DNA of 64,000 nucleotides from Podospora anserina (GCA_017654855.1 CM030332.1:6634001-6698000), one strand, 5' to 3'; positions 31,199 to 44,938 are shown, counted from the stretch's first letter. Notes: generated by a model from the sequence alone, not told the origin. Numbers and translations: made by a program.

Positions 31199-33441
31199 AT
31201 GTCTCCTGTCTACCCTGTGACGGGCATCAAAGCCGGCATTACTGGTACCACAGTCCCCCTTCGTCTAGAGGTGGACACCTGGTATCCCGGCCAAACGCCC
31301 GAACACCTCATCCAGAACAACCTCTTCATCTGGGCCCTCCGCTTCCTCCAAGAGCGTGATCCCGATCATAAGCTCTCCTTCTTCCAGATCGCCGGCATAC
31401 ATGGCATGCCATACCAACCATGGGATGAAGACACAGACGCCATCACTGCCAACGAGGGCTACTGCACCCACGACAGTCTCCTCTTTCCCTCCTGGCACCG
31501 CCCTTACATGCTTCTCTATGAGCAAGTCTTGTACGAGATCATGGTCAAGCAAGTAATTCCCCAGCTCCCAGAAGATAAGCAACAGGAATGGACGGACGCT
31601 GCTGCCACTTGGCGTCTCCCCTATTGGGATTGGGCCCAGAAGAAGACACGAGAGGGGCAGGATGAGACCCTGTACGATGTCCCACTCATCACCAAGCAGC
31701 CTAGAATCAGTGTCATTGATCTTAAGGACGGGGTGACTGTGTTTTACATTGATAATCCAATGTATAAGTTCACGATGCCTGATGAGGAAAGGATGGGTTG
31801 TTTCGGGATTAGCGACATCCAGGACACTGACGCCAACAACAACATCACGACCATTCCGGTATGACTTTTGTCCCAGTCAAAGATTTCATCACACTAACAA
31901 CCGCTAGTTCTCCAAGGCCCAAGCAACCTCTCGCTGGGCCACTTACGAGCCCGAATCCGACACCGTCTCCACCCAATGGACCGAGGGCACCGTCCGCAAC
32001 TCTCTCATCACTTCCACACTCAACGAACATCCTTGGTACGGTAAAGGCATTGACAACGTTCCCCTCGCCGAGATGGTCTACCGCCTCTACGTCCACGACT
32101 ACATTGCCTCCTACACCCAGTTCGCGACCACCAAATTCCGCACCTCCCCCGACTATGACCCCGGCTCACCAGCCGCCTACCTCAACCTGGAGTATATCCA
32201 CAATAACATCCACAACTGGACCGGCGGCTTTGACAAATACGTCGGCCACATGGCCGAGCCCGCCGTCGCGGCCTATGACCCCATCTTCTGGATGCACCAC
32301 GCCAACGTCGATCGCCAATTTGCCCTCTGGCAAGGCATCTCCCTCTTGGATCCCACCAAAAACTGGTTCGAGTCACGCAACGAGCAGCTGGAAGACGACG
32401 GGAACTGGTACATCAGAACCGGCGACCTCGACACCCCCTCCACTCCCCTCGCTCCTTTCCACAAGGATGCCGAAGGCAACTACTACACCTCGGATGACGT
32501 GAGAGACATCCACAAACTAGGCTACACCTACCCTGAACTCCAACCCTGGCTAGACAAGTACAAAGACACTCACGGCAACTTCGACGCGAGCCTCTACGTG
32601 GCCGACATCAAAGCCATGATCAAAGCCATCTACTCCCCGGGCGAAATCGGCGCCCCGACCGAGATCTCCTCCATCCCTCGCTCCTTAACCAGCCCCCTCG
32701 GCCAACCCGACTTCAACAAAGACATAATCGTCAACGTCACCTACAACCGCTTCGCCTTCAACGGGATCCCCTACACAATCTACTTTTTCCTCGGCACCCC
32801 CTTCTCCCCTCCCTCCTACTCTGACCCCCTTCACACCCACCCCCAACACGTCGGCTTCATTTACACCTTCTCCAACCCCATCCACCGCAACCGCGCCGCC
32901 CCCGGCTGCGGCAACTGCCGCCGCAAAGCCCTCACCGACACCAAATCCCGCGCTCAAGTCCCCATCACCGGCGCGCTCATCGCCCGACACCCGGCCATCC
33001 ACAACGGCAACTTGCCTCACGGTATTCATGAGCTGCCCAGCTTGGAGTCCGACACTGTGGGGGAGTACCTAGAAAAACACCTGCATTGGAGCATCCGATC
33101 TGTAAGTTTATCGTCCTTTGTTTACTCTGTTTCTTTGTTGGGGTTAGTCTCGTTTGTTTAGCGCACCCATTGGCCCCTTTATTGCCCCTATCTAGCCCCT
33201 GAGCAGGCGTTGTCGGGCGGACCCACTTTGCCCGCAAAGCGTCTGTGGTCAACATGCTGATGAAAATGGATGATAGCACACTGGAAGCGATATCGATATC
33301 CCAGAGGGAGCTCCTTTTGTCGAGATCTCTGTGTATCACCGCAATGCCAAGTTTGATGATGTGGGCAACGCAGCGCGGTATGAGCGTGTCGAGCGGGCTA
33401 CTCGGAGCAAGCCAGGGGGGTATCGCTCTGTGACTGCTTGA
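31199..33441 (+). CDS. Tyrosinase (type-3 copper polyphenol oxidase) with C-terminal shielding domain, cytosolic, 2 introns
   Basis: CuA: IAGIHGMPY..GYCTH..LFPSWHRPY; WRLPYWDWA. CuB: LEYIHNNIH..GHM..AAYDPIFWMHHANVDRQ; LGYTYPEL; C-terminal CGNC. Introns from ~31859 and ~33102. Last exon HTGSDIDIPEGAPFVEISVY..ATRSKPGGYRSVTA*. Confidence 0.95.
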
Positions 33442-34301
33442 TTTCTCTTTGTGCTTTTCTTCCTTTTTTTGACTTCCTAGGTGCTTCCTGATGTGTGGGA
33501 AATGATAGGGGTCCAAGATTGCCAGCTAGAAACAGATGATGGAAGCTGGTGCAGCCCAACTGCGGGATCATCACCGAAATGACTTCTTAGCAATGCTGCC
33601 TCGCACTTCCAATCATGCAATGTGACCATCCTTCTGCCACCTCTTTGCTTCTCCAACCCACTACCATCATGTTCCTTGTCGCTCTCACCTTCCCCTCCAG
33701 CTCTCCGCATTTCCGTTTCCTGCCAGAGTTTCCATTGCACGCACCTCCCCATTCTAGCTCCCACCTGAAAGAGATCCCAGGATGCAACACAAACACATCA
33801 TATGATGGCTTCATCCTTCCCCTTCTCCGAGAATCTGCATCCCATATCCGGTTTCTGACGGCCTCAAACTGCACTTCTCCCCATCCCAAACCGAAATCCT
33901 TCACGAGAAGGCCAAGAATCCCATTTGATGATCCCTTGCCTGCCCGAGAATTGGTACAACCAGCGATTACAAAAGAATCCATCATTGGTTCCTCCACCAA
34001 GCTGTGCACCCCGATGATGTGCAGATCGATATTGATATTTGCATCACTCCCACCAGTAATCAAGAGATGCTGGACACCACCTCCCCAGGCTTTGCTGCAC
34101 TCATCCCACGTTCTGTTGTCGCAACCCCAACTGTGAACCTTGATCGGAAAGCGGGGTCAATAGCGGCAATTGGGGTAACAGAGCCTCACCAGGCTGGGGG
34201 GCATCGAGGTACTAATAGATGGCGATGACTCTCTTTCGACACGTATTTTGAAGAGAAAGACGACGCAACCAGACAGGCAGAGACGAAGGCCGCCTTGGCT
34301 T

Positions 34302-35709
34302 ATGAAGATGGCTGCTATCACTGCATCAGCTCCTGGTCGCATAGACTACTATGCACAGAGCTTGTATCCCAGTACCACCACTTCAGCGGCTTTCAAGAGA
34401 GGGACAGGGGAAACTCTACCTGGGTTCCCCTCTCAGTACGAGGGTGAGAGGGTGTGGACAGGATCCAAGTGGTTAGACCCCAACCTCGAGAAGAGTTACA
34501 TCGTGCAGATCGACAAAGACGACTTGCTTGAGGTGGAGAATGCTCTCCGCCATTTTCAAGGTAATGGAGCCATGAACCTCCCGGCCCCTTGACCTGTGTT
34601 GATGAAGCTGACAGAAAGTGGTCATCAGGTCTGAACGTGCCGCCTTGTCTTTTAAGTCGCGACACTTTCCCTCTCCCCAAGGGGCTGAGCCACAGGCTTC
34701 GGAAGGTATCTCAAGACTGCTACAATGGTCGTGGGTTTGCCATTGTTCGTGGTATCTCTCCTGATCGTTTCACCGACGAGGAGAATGTGCTTGTCTTTGG
34801 CGGCATATCCTCGTACATCGCACCCACTCGCGGATTCCAAGATGTTCACCGTGAGCTCGTCACTTGCCATGTCCTGAGTGAGGATATGAGACCTGGCTCG
34901 AAGGAGCAGAATTTGAGACCTGCATTTACCAATGGCCGACTGGTGAGCCTGCTCCAGAAGGTGAGAAGCAATTGGCTAACCCGATGAAGGCGTTCCATAC
35001 CGACGTCGGCGATATTCTCGCTCTCCATACGCTGGGCGTATCCGATACAGGTGGTGAAACGATGATTGCCAGTGCTTGCCAAATCTACAACGAGATGGCA
35101 GAAAGTCGGCATGATCTGATTCAAGAGCTTGCCCAAAACTGGGCTTTCTTCCAGTAAGTTGTGCTCTGGATACTCCAGTTTGTTGCAATTTGCTGATATG
35201 AGAATAGCTCCCAGGACTACTACACCGACGGGACTCCTCTCCTGACGAACGCCCCGGGGGACAAGTTGGTGTTCCAGTTCTCAAGGCTGCCCATCACAGG
35301 CTTTCGAAGCCAGGGTGCGAACCCCACTCTCCCTCCGCCCAGTGAGAAGCGTCTTGAGGCCATGGCCAAGGTGGAAGAACTGGCGTGGAAGCATGCTTTC
35401 CCGTTGCCTCGGGAACCTGGAGATATGGCGTACATTAACAACTTGTGTCTGATGCATGCTCGCAGCGCCTTTGACGTGGACGAAGAGGGCAACCCACTGC
35501 CCTCAAAGCGTCATCTCGTCAAGCTAATGCTGCAGGATCCAGAGTTGGCGTGGGAACTTCCTCAACATCTCGGCTGGTATCTGGAGCGTGTCTATGGCCC
35601 GAACCAAGAAGACGGGGGCAGGACTGAAAAATGGCAGCTCAGTGTGAAGGACGAATCATTGCCCGATGGTCGGATCTGGGCTGGCTCTGGAGCCCTCTCC
35701 AATGGCTAA
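34302..35709 (+). CDS. TauD/TfdA (clavaminate synthase-like) Fe(II)/2-oxoglutarate dioxygenase, 3 introns; start uncertain
   Basis: LPGFPSQYEGERVWTG; TFPLP..L..RL..V..D.YNGRGFAIVRG; AFHTDVGDILAL (HxD); GDMAYINNLCLMHARSAF; RHLVKLMLQDPE. Confidence 0.9.
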
Positions 35710-35733
35710 GAGCATTCCCAAACTTTTCCCCTC

Positions 35734-38059
35734 TTAGTTGGTTGGTGCTATTGCCTCGTTGTCACTCCTTTCAGGATTCTTGTCCAGATGTTTGATGTTC
35801 ATGGCTGCAGCCAGAATGATTACCATTGCCGCCAGTGAGCAAGGCACAACTTCCATATTAGGTATTAGCAGGACTTCCTTTGGTCTCTTAAGTATGGAGA
35901 TCATAGGGTGGCAGCAAACTCAAGAGACAGTACTCACAGAATGCGGTGTGCATCCCATTTTCAAAAGCCACCAGAACTGCCGTGCGTGCACCTGCGTTGA
36001 GTCTCCTGACACCTTTCAAATCTCTCATGGCATCAAGAATAATTCTCTCCGTGGTCTTGGAATCACCCAGGCGGGAGCGAATGCCAATCTTTGCAACCGA
36101 CCGAGTTATCGTAGACATAAGCGCCATGCCCAAGTCCGCTCCAAAAGTCTCGATGAGGTAGTACAATGCTAGTGTTTGGGGCCACCCTAAGATAGATATG
36201 TTAGCGCGTGAGGTTGTATGTCTGTGGACACGATAGGCAATACATTTCTTTTCCGTGCTCGACAAAGTGGCATAGAGCAGACAGCTCTGCCACAAGCCAG
36301 TACTGATACCAAAAACAACAAGCAATGGCGCATGTTGCGCTACTTCGGGTTCTTTGACTCGTCAGCATTGGCGTTTGTCCAAGAAAACAAGACATCACCT
36401 TACTAATTAATCGCATAGCAAACAGAGAGCAGCATGCTCCCAATGCCATGGCGTTTGCAAGCATAATACGCTGCACTGGGAGGATATTGTTCTTAATTAG
36501 ATACCCGCCAGAAATGGCACCGATGGGAAACCCAAGAAACACACAGGTCAAGGCCCAATCCTCAAACGATGGGCCATCGAAGGCGCGTACTTGGATGTAA
36601 GGTGGTATGATGAAAACAATCTAAGTCTCGTTAGCAGCTAGCCATACTGGATAAGGTACGAAGCGAGTAATCACACCGAATTCAAAATGGAAATAACTCC
36701 AAACACTTGAAACAGGACACTCAGATACTTCTTCGTGAAAATTGGTGTCATGTCAATAACGGGGAAAGAGGCGATCTTGAGCTCGTAGACCACGAACGTC
36801 ACCATAAACAACGGACCGAGAATGAGGAGGGCCACTTCTAGAGGATCTGTCCAGCGGAGAATATTGTCGCCGAGCGTGAAGGCAACGAGAGGTGTGGTTA
36901 CCGCCAAAATGAGCAACAGCCAACCTCCTCCATCTGCGTGGGATGGCAGCTGAGATGGATCGCCGTGCTTGAGCAAAGTGGACTGTGAGTACCGTGCGTG
37001 ACAGGCAATCTTTTTAAATGACCAATGGAGCACGACCACTCCAGTGAGGGCGAATAAGACCTCTAGGAGAAAGGCGCTGGTGGCCTGGTTAGCACGTGCC
37101 ATACGACAAAAGGTTGCGTGAAAGTCGAGACACACGAATGCCAACCGAATGACCTGTACATCCAAGCACCCAGAGGCCCTGCTGCCATGCTAGTTCCCAT
37201 TTCGATGCATGTAACAAAACTTTCCCAGATTGCGAGCTGTTTGACGCCAACAATTTCTACCCTTCGTCAGCACTTTCACTGTGCTCAGGTGTTGAATGAC
37301 AAACCATTGATGACGATCATGGAGAGCAGAGTGATCCCTGATGAGCCAAAGCCCACGACAAATCTAGAGCCCAGGAGTTGCCAAAATGATGTGCTAATGG
37401 TGCTGTATGCCATGTCAGCGGTAGCTGAATCATATGCCTCAGTAGGTGGGTAGGCACATACCAAAGGGTAAGCCCGAACGCGAATGATCCATACGCAATG
37501 AACATCATCCGTTTGATCCCATGATATGCGAGAAGGTAAGAGTACTGTGATGACATCAGCTTCGTGGACCTGAAAATCTAATGCTAGGTTCAAATGAGTC
37601 ACCACTGGCACAAAGATGGCTGAACATATCGACGCCGTAAGCATAACCCAGGATGCATCCTTGAAATGTTGAAGGTCAGAAGCTAGATTCAGTTTTTTTT
37701 CGTCAGTAAGAGTCGTTCAGGGCTTGTTGTACGAAGACGCTCACCGAGACGGGAGTAGCTCGTGGCTAGAAACGCAATATCAAAAGCTTTCACAAAGATG
37801 CTTGACCGTGTTAAGAATGTTCGGTTGTGGTAAAGTTTGAAGATGCAAGGAGGACACACCCAGCCAGTAACGCGGGGCCCATCAACCACAAAAGACCGTT
37901 TTCGGAGGCGGTCGATGCCTCATCACGAGGACTTGATAAGGGGAGAAGCGGGTCCTGTTCATTCAGGTTGCTCGAGTTTGCTTCGTCGATCTGAGCATGG
38001 TCGGCAACTGCTGAAAGAAAAGTGCCCTCCGGCCTTGCATTGTGGTGGGTGGCAGACAT
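35734..38059 (-). CDS. MFS transporter, drug:H+ antiporter (DHA2-like), multi-intron
   Basis: EQDPLL N-terminal motif; many hydrophobic exons; ASWVMLTASI; FWQLLGSRFVVGFGSSG; FVVYELKIASFPVID; last exon ending EAIAPTN*. Confidence 0.85.
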
Positions 38060-38756
38060 GACGCAGGAAGGAGGGAGGACACACAATGGAGCGCTCACGG
38101 AAGCAGGGTGGAAGGAGGGCAGCGGGATGCGTGATTTACATCGAACGAAAAGAATAATAACCCTCACAGATTCAAGCCTCAGAGCCCATCGAACCTTTTC
38201 ACGTTCTCCCCAGCTTCGTGTTGCCTCTTGGCCCGACGAGTGCTTGGAGATATCTGGGGCTGAGAAAGTTGCCGTGTGGTTGGACGTGCTGGCAGGTGGC
38301 AGATTGTTGCACAGCAGGCCTGCCAGTCAGCCTGCAGGATCAAACTAAACCATTTGGGGCACTCGGCCTCGACTCTGCGACCCCCTTTCGACATTCGGCA
38401 AGCGCGCAACATGTGATTATCATCTTGATGAGCGCTCCCCGGGCGAGCCAAGAGTCTAGCAAGCCCCATCACACTATAAGTGATGAATTCTGCGTGTCGC
38501 CCAGGAGGGTTTTCAAAGCCAACAGTTCCAAAAACTGACTTCTCATAGGTACCGACTTCCCTTTTGGGCATTCGGGGGAGGATGATGACCGTGTAGAAGT
38601 TATGTAGAGCTTTGACTGTGAAATGAAGAGTCAGTGATAGCTAAAAGATGGGGATAACATTTTGAGGCGCGTTCGGAATGTTATAAGAAAACTTTCGTCC
38701 GGCATCTCGGTTGAATCATTTGTCCCCTTTCAGACAAAACAGATGCATCTGATGTC

Positions 38757-39278
38757 TTGATACCTACCATGCAAGGCTCGAAATTTCCAACAACCTGCAG
38801 TCCTGTGGAGGGAGCCTATAGTCAGCTAGACAGAGGCAACAGTGTGCATGGTGACAGGTATGATCTCTACCTTTCTGTGGCAATGAGTGAGCAGCCACTA
38901 ACTTTATATCAAAGGTCTCGTTCGAGACAGGCCTCACCGAAATCGGCGGGAAACACTATGGAATACGACCTCTTGGGAGTGGGTGCCTGGGCAATCCCCT
39001 ATCATGAAGTCACAGTCCCGTCTTCTGTCGAGATAGGCACGGCACAGGGTGGCAACATATTTAGCTTCAGGGCCAAGTCAATATTATGCAAACAATACGT
39101 CCACGCCATCATGCTACCCCCCGACAGTTCCCAACTTCGCACCACAGCTACATCCTATGATGCGAGACGAAGGATTAGTCTAGAGCACCATGTGCAGCTC
39201 GAAAGGAGGAGAGCCGAATATGGCATGCTGGAGCGATACTTGGAAGAGATGAGCCGTAGGTTAATCTTTTCTCAATAG
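38757..39278 (+). CDS. Hypothetical protein, divergent from the MFS gene
   Basis: 173-codon ORF with an in-frame intron-like segment (GTATGA..CTAAC..AAG). No family recognised. Confidence 0.3.
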   Translation: MIPTMQGSKFPTTCSPVEGAYSQLDRGNSVHGDRYDLYLSVAMSEQPLTLYQRSRSRQASPKSAGNTMEYDLLGVGAWAIPYHEVTVPSSVEIGTAQGGNIFSFRAKSILCKQYVHAIMLPPDSSQLRTTATSYDARRRISLEHHVQLERRRAEYGMLERYLEEMSRRLIFSQ

Positions 39279-39453
39279 CGAAGCTGAACACAAAGAACCG
39301 AATCGTGGGTGGAGCATTTTTGTATAGTATATGGACGCGCTTGACATTCGAGAAGCGCCGTTCTGTGTTCGTGGCGGGCTCGGAAACCCATAAGTTGGAA
39401 ACCCATAAGTTGGAAACCTTACGAATGACGAAACGCATGATATTTCTGCTGTG

Positions 39454-40216
39454 CTAGATAGTGTGTCGTGAGAACGGCTTCTCCAAAGCGTCAATAACAA
39501 CATGCTCTTCTTCTCCACCCACTCGTGCCGTGTCGGTGCCGACCAAAACGTAACCAAGTTCCTCATAAAGCTTCCTGCCCATTGGACTGGCCATAACAGT
39601 CAAAATCCAACCACCTCTTCTCGCGGACTCATCAACACCCCAGTCACACAGTCTGGTTCCAGCACCACGCTGGCGAAAGTCAGGGTGCGTTACGAGCATC
39701 CAAAGGTGAAGTTGCTCCTTCCCATACGACTCAAAGCATTTCGCAAATGTCCGTTCCATAGCGGCTGCGTATGCCTTCATGTGTTCCCGGTTACCATCCC
39801 GTCGTTCGTCAATGAAGAGATCTACTCCAGGTTACACAAGATCAGTCAGCGAGCTGGCACCAGAGTACAATAATCTTACCTCCGCCTTTGGCCTTGATGT
39901 GAACAGCAATATCCCAGACACCAATAGCAATGGGGAGGTCATCGAGTCCTGCCTCCTCATTGGTCACTGTGACAACGTTGAAGGCGAACTTTTCTGGCTG
40001 CTCTAGGTACTCCTCATACTGTCGGCGTGTGTACTTCCAGAAGTCCTCCGGGTATTTGTCACGGTATGGAAACTTGTAGTTGCAACCTGGGTCGTCGGGA
40101 AAACCAGCCTGGATGACCCGAGTGATGGCGTCGAGGTCGTTCTTGGTGGCTTTCCGCATGACGAGAATCTCGGCACCATAACGCTCGCGGTACAATTCAT
40201 AAGGTCCACCGCCCAT
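39454..40216 (-). CDS. GNAT family N-acetyltransferase, 1 intron
   Basis: MRKATKNDLDAI..GFPDDPGCNYKFPYRDKYPED; intron GTAAGA..TAG; motif A LVTHPDFRQRGAGTRLCDWG; ASPMGRKLYEELGY. Confidence 0.92.
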
Positions 40217-40996
40217 GGTTGGTAATACCAGATGCTATCAGGCTCGGTCAGGCAGGGTGAAAGGTGTGGATGGCCCTTGCAATCGTCAGAGATGATCTGG
40301 GGGCTGAGCTGGGTTGTCCAGAGCGGGACTCGGACTTGGGTGGATTCTGCCTTGCGCACCTTGACGGCCAAGAGAGAGTGTCAAATTCCAATTCCTTGAT
40401 TGAGAACGTTTTAAATCTGGGACTGAGGCGCAGGAACGTGGCCGCCTAGAATTGGATCTCCTGGAGCCTTCTTGTATCGCGGTTGCCTTTGAGGTGGGCT
40501 GGATAGCGGGGTGTTGGGGTAAAAGTGTGATTGGTTCGTCCTGCAGCTGCCCGTCCGGTCACCCAGAAGGAAGCCGATTACCCAATTCGGTAGTCGGCCA
40601 CTCCAAGCCACACAATTCCCTGTTGAAGCATTCTGGGAGTAAATGTGACGGCATGTACTGATCTCCCCCCGTGCTTGCATACTCCCTTGTCACAACAGCT
40701 GGGCAAACTGAGGGGTTTTGTCACCCTATTTTGATGAGAAAATGCACTGACATCTGAGTTACACAGGCAGATCATGGAGCCATCGCCCCGTTTACAAGTC
40801 TCCCTGCAGCGTACACACAGTCGATATCCTCTTGACCTTCCTTGTTTGTACGGCTCAACGTTCCGGCCACAAATATCTGGGACACATACCCCATCCTGTG
40901 CTATCACGCGGTTTTATCCCTCCCAAACTACCGGGCCTCCTTGTCGTTTCAATATTCAAGTTACATTTGGATAATCCACAGCCCACGCTGCGCAAC

Positions 40997-43299
40997 ATGT
41001 ATCCCCAGGCACCACAATTCGGTCAGGTTGAAGGGCATGAGGAATTCTGGGAGGAGAGATGGCCATCATGGCCAGGACCTTTACTTCCACTCGATGAAAA
41101 CATGGCCCTGATTGAGGCTTCTGTGTTTCCTCCTTTTCCGAGCCCCCTTCCTTTCTCGAATGCTCAGGCTCCTCTCCCGCCCGCAGGGTTGGAAGAGCTA
41201 TTCCCTGAGATTCACCACCAAGTGCTGGTGAATGACTTGAACAAGAATGAGCAAGACGAGCCGATCGTATCTGAGGTGGAGCTTTTCGGTCTGTTTGATG
41301 GTGCGCTGGGTGGTCAGGACTTTCTCGACTTGGAGGCCCCTTTGGAATCTTTCGCTAAGGAACCTGAGCTTGGTCAAATTCGGTCTTCCCCACTGCCACA
41401 AGTCCAACCAGTTATCCAACTATCGAGCCCCGACACATTAGGTCTCTCATCCCAGACTCTGTCTATATCCCCGAAGACAGTGACGTCCAACCCCTTATCA
41501 GAATCGCCCAAGACTGTCGCCTCCAAGACACTGTCACCCGTTGAGAGTCCTACGACCACACCCACCCAGCAAGTTCAGTTTCTTCAGTACGATCCTGCCA
41601 GGCCCACAAAGAGGATCCCAAAGGCAGCCCGTCCTCACAATGGGAGACCTCCGATCACAGAGAGAAAGCCACGTTCTGTGACCAAAAGAAAGAACGTGCT
41701 GCTGGAGAATGAAGTACGACCCAACCTTCTCAAATAACATCGATGTATCGTAACTTACTTTTCCTTTAGGCTTCCGTGATATCGAAGAAGAAAGACGCAA
41801 GTGGTAAACTGCAGTCAGTCGTGGAGGTCTGGGGGAAGCATCAAACGGTGCGCAAGGAAGCCAGCGAGGAAGAGAAACAGAACACTCGATACAACCGGGA
41901 GCATGGTGCCTGCGAAAAGTGTAGGAAACAAAAGCTCAAGGTGAGTTCTTCCAACCAGTGCCCATTTTCCCGTGCATCTTGCTAACTTCGGTATCAAGTG
42001 TGTCCAAATGGAACTGCAATACACACCATGCGCAAGATGCCTAAAGTTGTACCTGAATGACCTCAAGAGGATGCAGAATGGAGGCCCTTTCAAGGTTCAG
42101 CCCTGTGTCAGAATCGAGATCCTTGGCCTTCCTCTGCACCGAAAGGGTCCGACAAAATATTCAGAACTCGATACCTGGCTTCCTCAGAAACAGGCCCAGC
42201 TGGAATGGCACACTTTTGACAACACCACTCGAGTGTTCAAACTTACTCAAGGTTTCGGGGAGGGAATGGACAATGCACTGCGTCTCCAGGTGTCCAGATT
42301 CAAGCCTGGACCAGGAGACCGCACTGCGTACTTCTGGACTGACGAGAAGACCGGGCTATTGCGTTCCATGGAGATGCCGCCCTACTTCATCAGCGACATG
42401 GATGCCGCCAAAGCCAGTGTTGTCGAGTTTCTTCGCAATGCTCGCTCCGTCTACATTGACACCCTACTCGGTGATGCCAGCCCGATAACTCGAAAGACGT
42501 TTGAGTCTGCTTTGAGATTCTCAGCTTTTGGTCAGGTAAGCTTAATTGTGACTGCTGGGGGAGGCCTAACTAACCAGAGGTACAGAGCAAACTGGTATCT
42601 CTTGCCCTCGACACCTGGGTTGCCGCACGGTTCATTGAAAGTCACTGGCGTGTCTTCGAGGGTGGTGAGGAAATCGGGGCTCACCCCACCGCCGAGGCCG
42701 GCCATCCTTACGATGGCTTCATCCCAGTAACACCAATCATGGATACGCAGCTCGACAACTTGGTAATTGCAGATCTGTTAGCGCCAATGAGAGAAGAGCT
42801 TCTCAAGCGGCTCAAGGCAAAGATTGACGAGAAGAAGCGCTCCAACTGGCTGGAGATTTACCTCACGCTTTTCGTGATGATGTCTAACACCGGTTGGATC
42901 ATCAAAGACATGATTGCCATGACAACGTGGAAGGGCCTCAAGATGGGCAATCGTGGGGGACAACTGACAAGAGGTTACATTCACGCCTCCAAATCTCTGC
43001 TCTCGTGCTTTCACTACGCCTGCTCCGGGTCATTTCCTCTCACGATACCGGAGAATGAGCTGAAGACAGGAAACCACAACATGACCAGCGACCAGATTGA
43101 GTACATGGCCTTTGTGCAGCAAGAGCTTGCCCGTGAAGGTTCCAAGCATGCCAACTGGAAGAGTCTGGACATGTACAAGGACGATGAATACTGGACCCAC
43201 CAGCTACTGTGCAAGGATTGGAAGGGAGACGCGCCTTACACAGCAGGACCAATCGATGACTTTACCGAGGATGATTTTCTTTCTTCTTCTACTACATGA
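40997..43299 (+). CDS. Zn(II)2Cys6-like fungal transcription factor, 3 introns
   Basis: Acidic, Pro/Ser-rich N-terminus; RYNREHGACEKCRKQKLK|intron|CVQMELQYTPCARC..QPCVR; C-terminal MDTQLD..LLAPMREELLKRL..WLEIYLTLFVMMSN..LLSCFHY. Confidence 0.8.
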
Positions 43300-43419
43300 T
43301 TGCGCTGCTTCAGGGGCGTTTTCGGGACAGTTATCTGGATTCAAAGGGCTTTCCATACAGTTGCAATGGAATTTCCATCCAAAAAGATATATCTATGTGA
43401 ATATAACCAAAACATCTGT

Positions 43420-44525
43420 TCACGGTAGTTGCTGTGTCTCCTCTCTGATAGTATACACTCCCGTACTTACATCATGATACCCCAACTTCCCCACCCTCCC
43501 CGTCAACTCACTCCTCCAGTCCTTTCCCTCCTTCACCTTCTTTACTGCCCTCTCAAAAGTATACACGGCCTCCCACCCCAGCTCCCGCCTCGCCAAATCA
43601 CTATCATAAACCCTATCCACCCTCTTCAAAAACTTCCACCCCTTCCCTTCAAAAACCTCCCTCGCCCCCTCCACCGCCTTGCAATACTCTTCCCCAGCGT
43701 CCCTATCTAACCCCTTCAACACTAGTTCCTCCCTTTTGAACACCGTCGGCGCAGAAATGATGTACTTTCCCCACTTCCCTTTCAACCCCGGCCCCTTCTC
43801 CATCGCTTTCACGCATGCCCCCACTACATCAGCGATATCTACCCTCCTATAGCCCAACTCCAACACTTTCAAATTATCATCCCCCATACTCCCCCTCCTC
43901 TCCTCGTCATCATCCCCCTCGGGAAAGAATCTACTCGTCCTCAACACCACAACCGGCAACCCGCTCTCCTTGTTAACCAACTCGCACACATCCTCCGCAC
44001 TTATCTTGGTAACCCCATAGACATTCTTCGGTTTGGGAACCACCCCCTCATCAATCCACACGGCCGGTAAGCCAGGTCTAGCCGTCAGACTGCCCCCAAA
44101 GGCAGAGGTGGTGGAGACAAAAACAAAAGTCTTGACCCCCCCTTGCCTCGCAACGCTCGCTTCAAGCAGATTCAACGTCCCCGTGATGTTTGTGGCGATG
44201 AAGTCCGCCTTTGTGTGCGAGCAAATGTGCGGTTTGTGCAACGTGGCAGTGTGGATTACATATTCTAGGTCAGGATGGAGCGTCGTGAAAACGGACGAGA
44301 CAAAGTCCGGGTCGGCGATGGTGCCGACGTGGGTGGTGAGCGGGCTGGGCTTGATGTCTGTTTTACAATCAGTATCAACTTCTAAAAAATAAGGAGTGGA
44401 TCAAAGGGAAGAGTGGAATCACCAATGCCAATCGGAGTGAACCCGTAGTGTGACAGGGTAAGCATGAGCGCTTTGCCCAGATGGCCGGACGAGCCAGTGA
44501 CCAGAACCTTTGGTGGACTAGACAT
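43420..44525 (-). CDS. NAD-dependent epimerase/dehydratase (extended SDR), 1 intron
   Basis: VLVTGSSGHLGKAL; HTATLHKPH; NITGTLNLLEA; STTSAFG; YGVTKISAE; LRTSRFFPE. Confidence 0.92.
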
Positions 44526-44938
44526 TTTGTTGTTGACGTTGATTTGGTAATCGAGCTTGAAAAGATGAAAATCCGGAACATACAATTAAGAATCTAGAAA
44601 AAAAGCTTATATGGATAATCCCCGGTGACTCATGCCGGCACTCAAGGTGCCAAGCTTCCATTGACAGCCCTGGTCCATGTTGACATCAAGGGATGGATAC
44701 CGTCCGTAAAAGGAAATATATCGCCGACTTATACACGAAGAGCAGGGACACGAAAGGTTGTTCATCGCTAAATTGTCATACTACCTAGTCATTCTACCTT
44801 CAACCACAACGAAAAGACTGCAAGATCAAATGAAAAGCCTCAGCTTGATATCCCGAACGCCAATAATAATATCCCTCCCGTACAGTGAAGTGGGCAGTCA
44901 AATCGAAATGGTATCGTTGATAGGTTGATATGCAGCGT

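Noticed and set aside
39382..39417. 15-bp tandem duplication GAAACCCATAAGTTG
   Set aside because: Simple slippage duplication in a 3'UTR; no spacers, not CRISPR-like.
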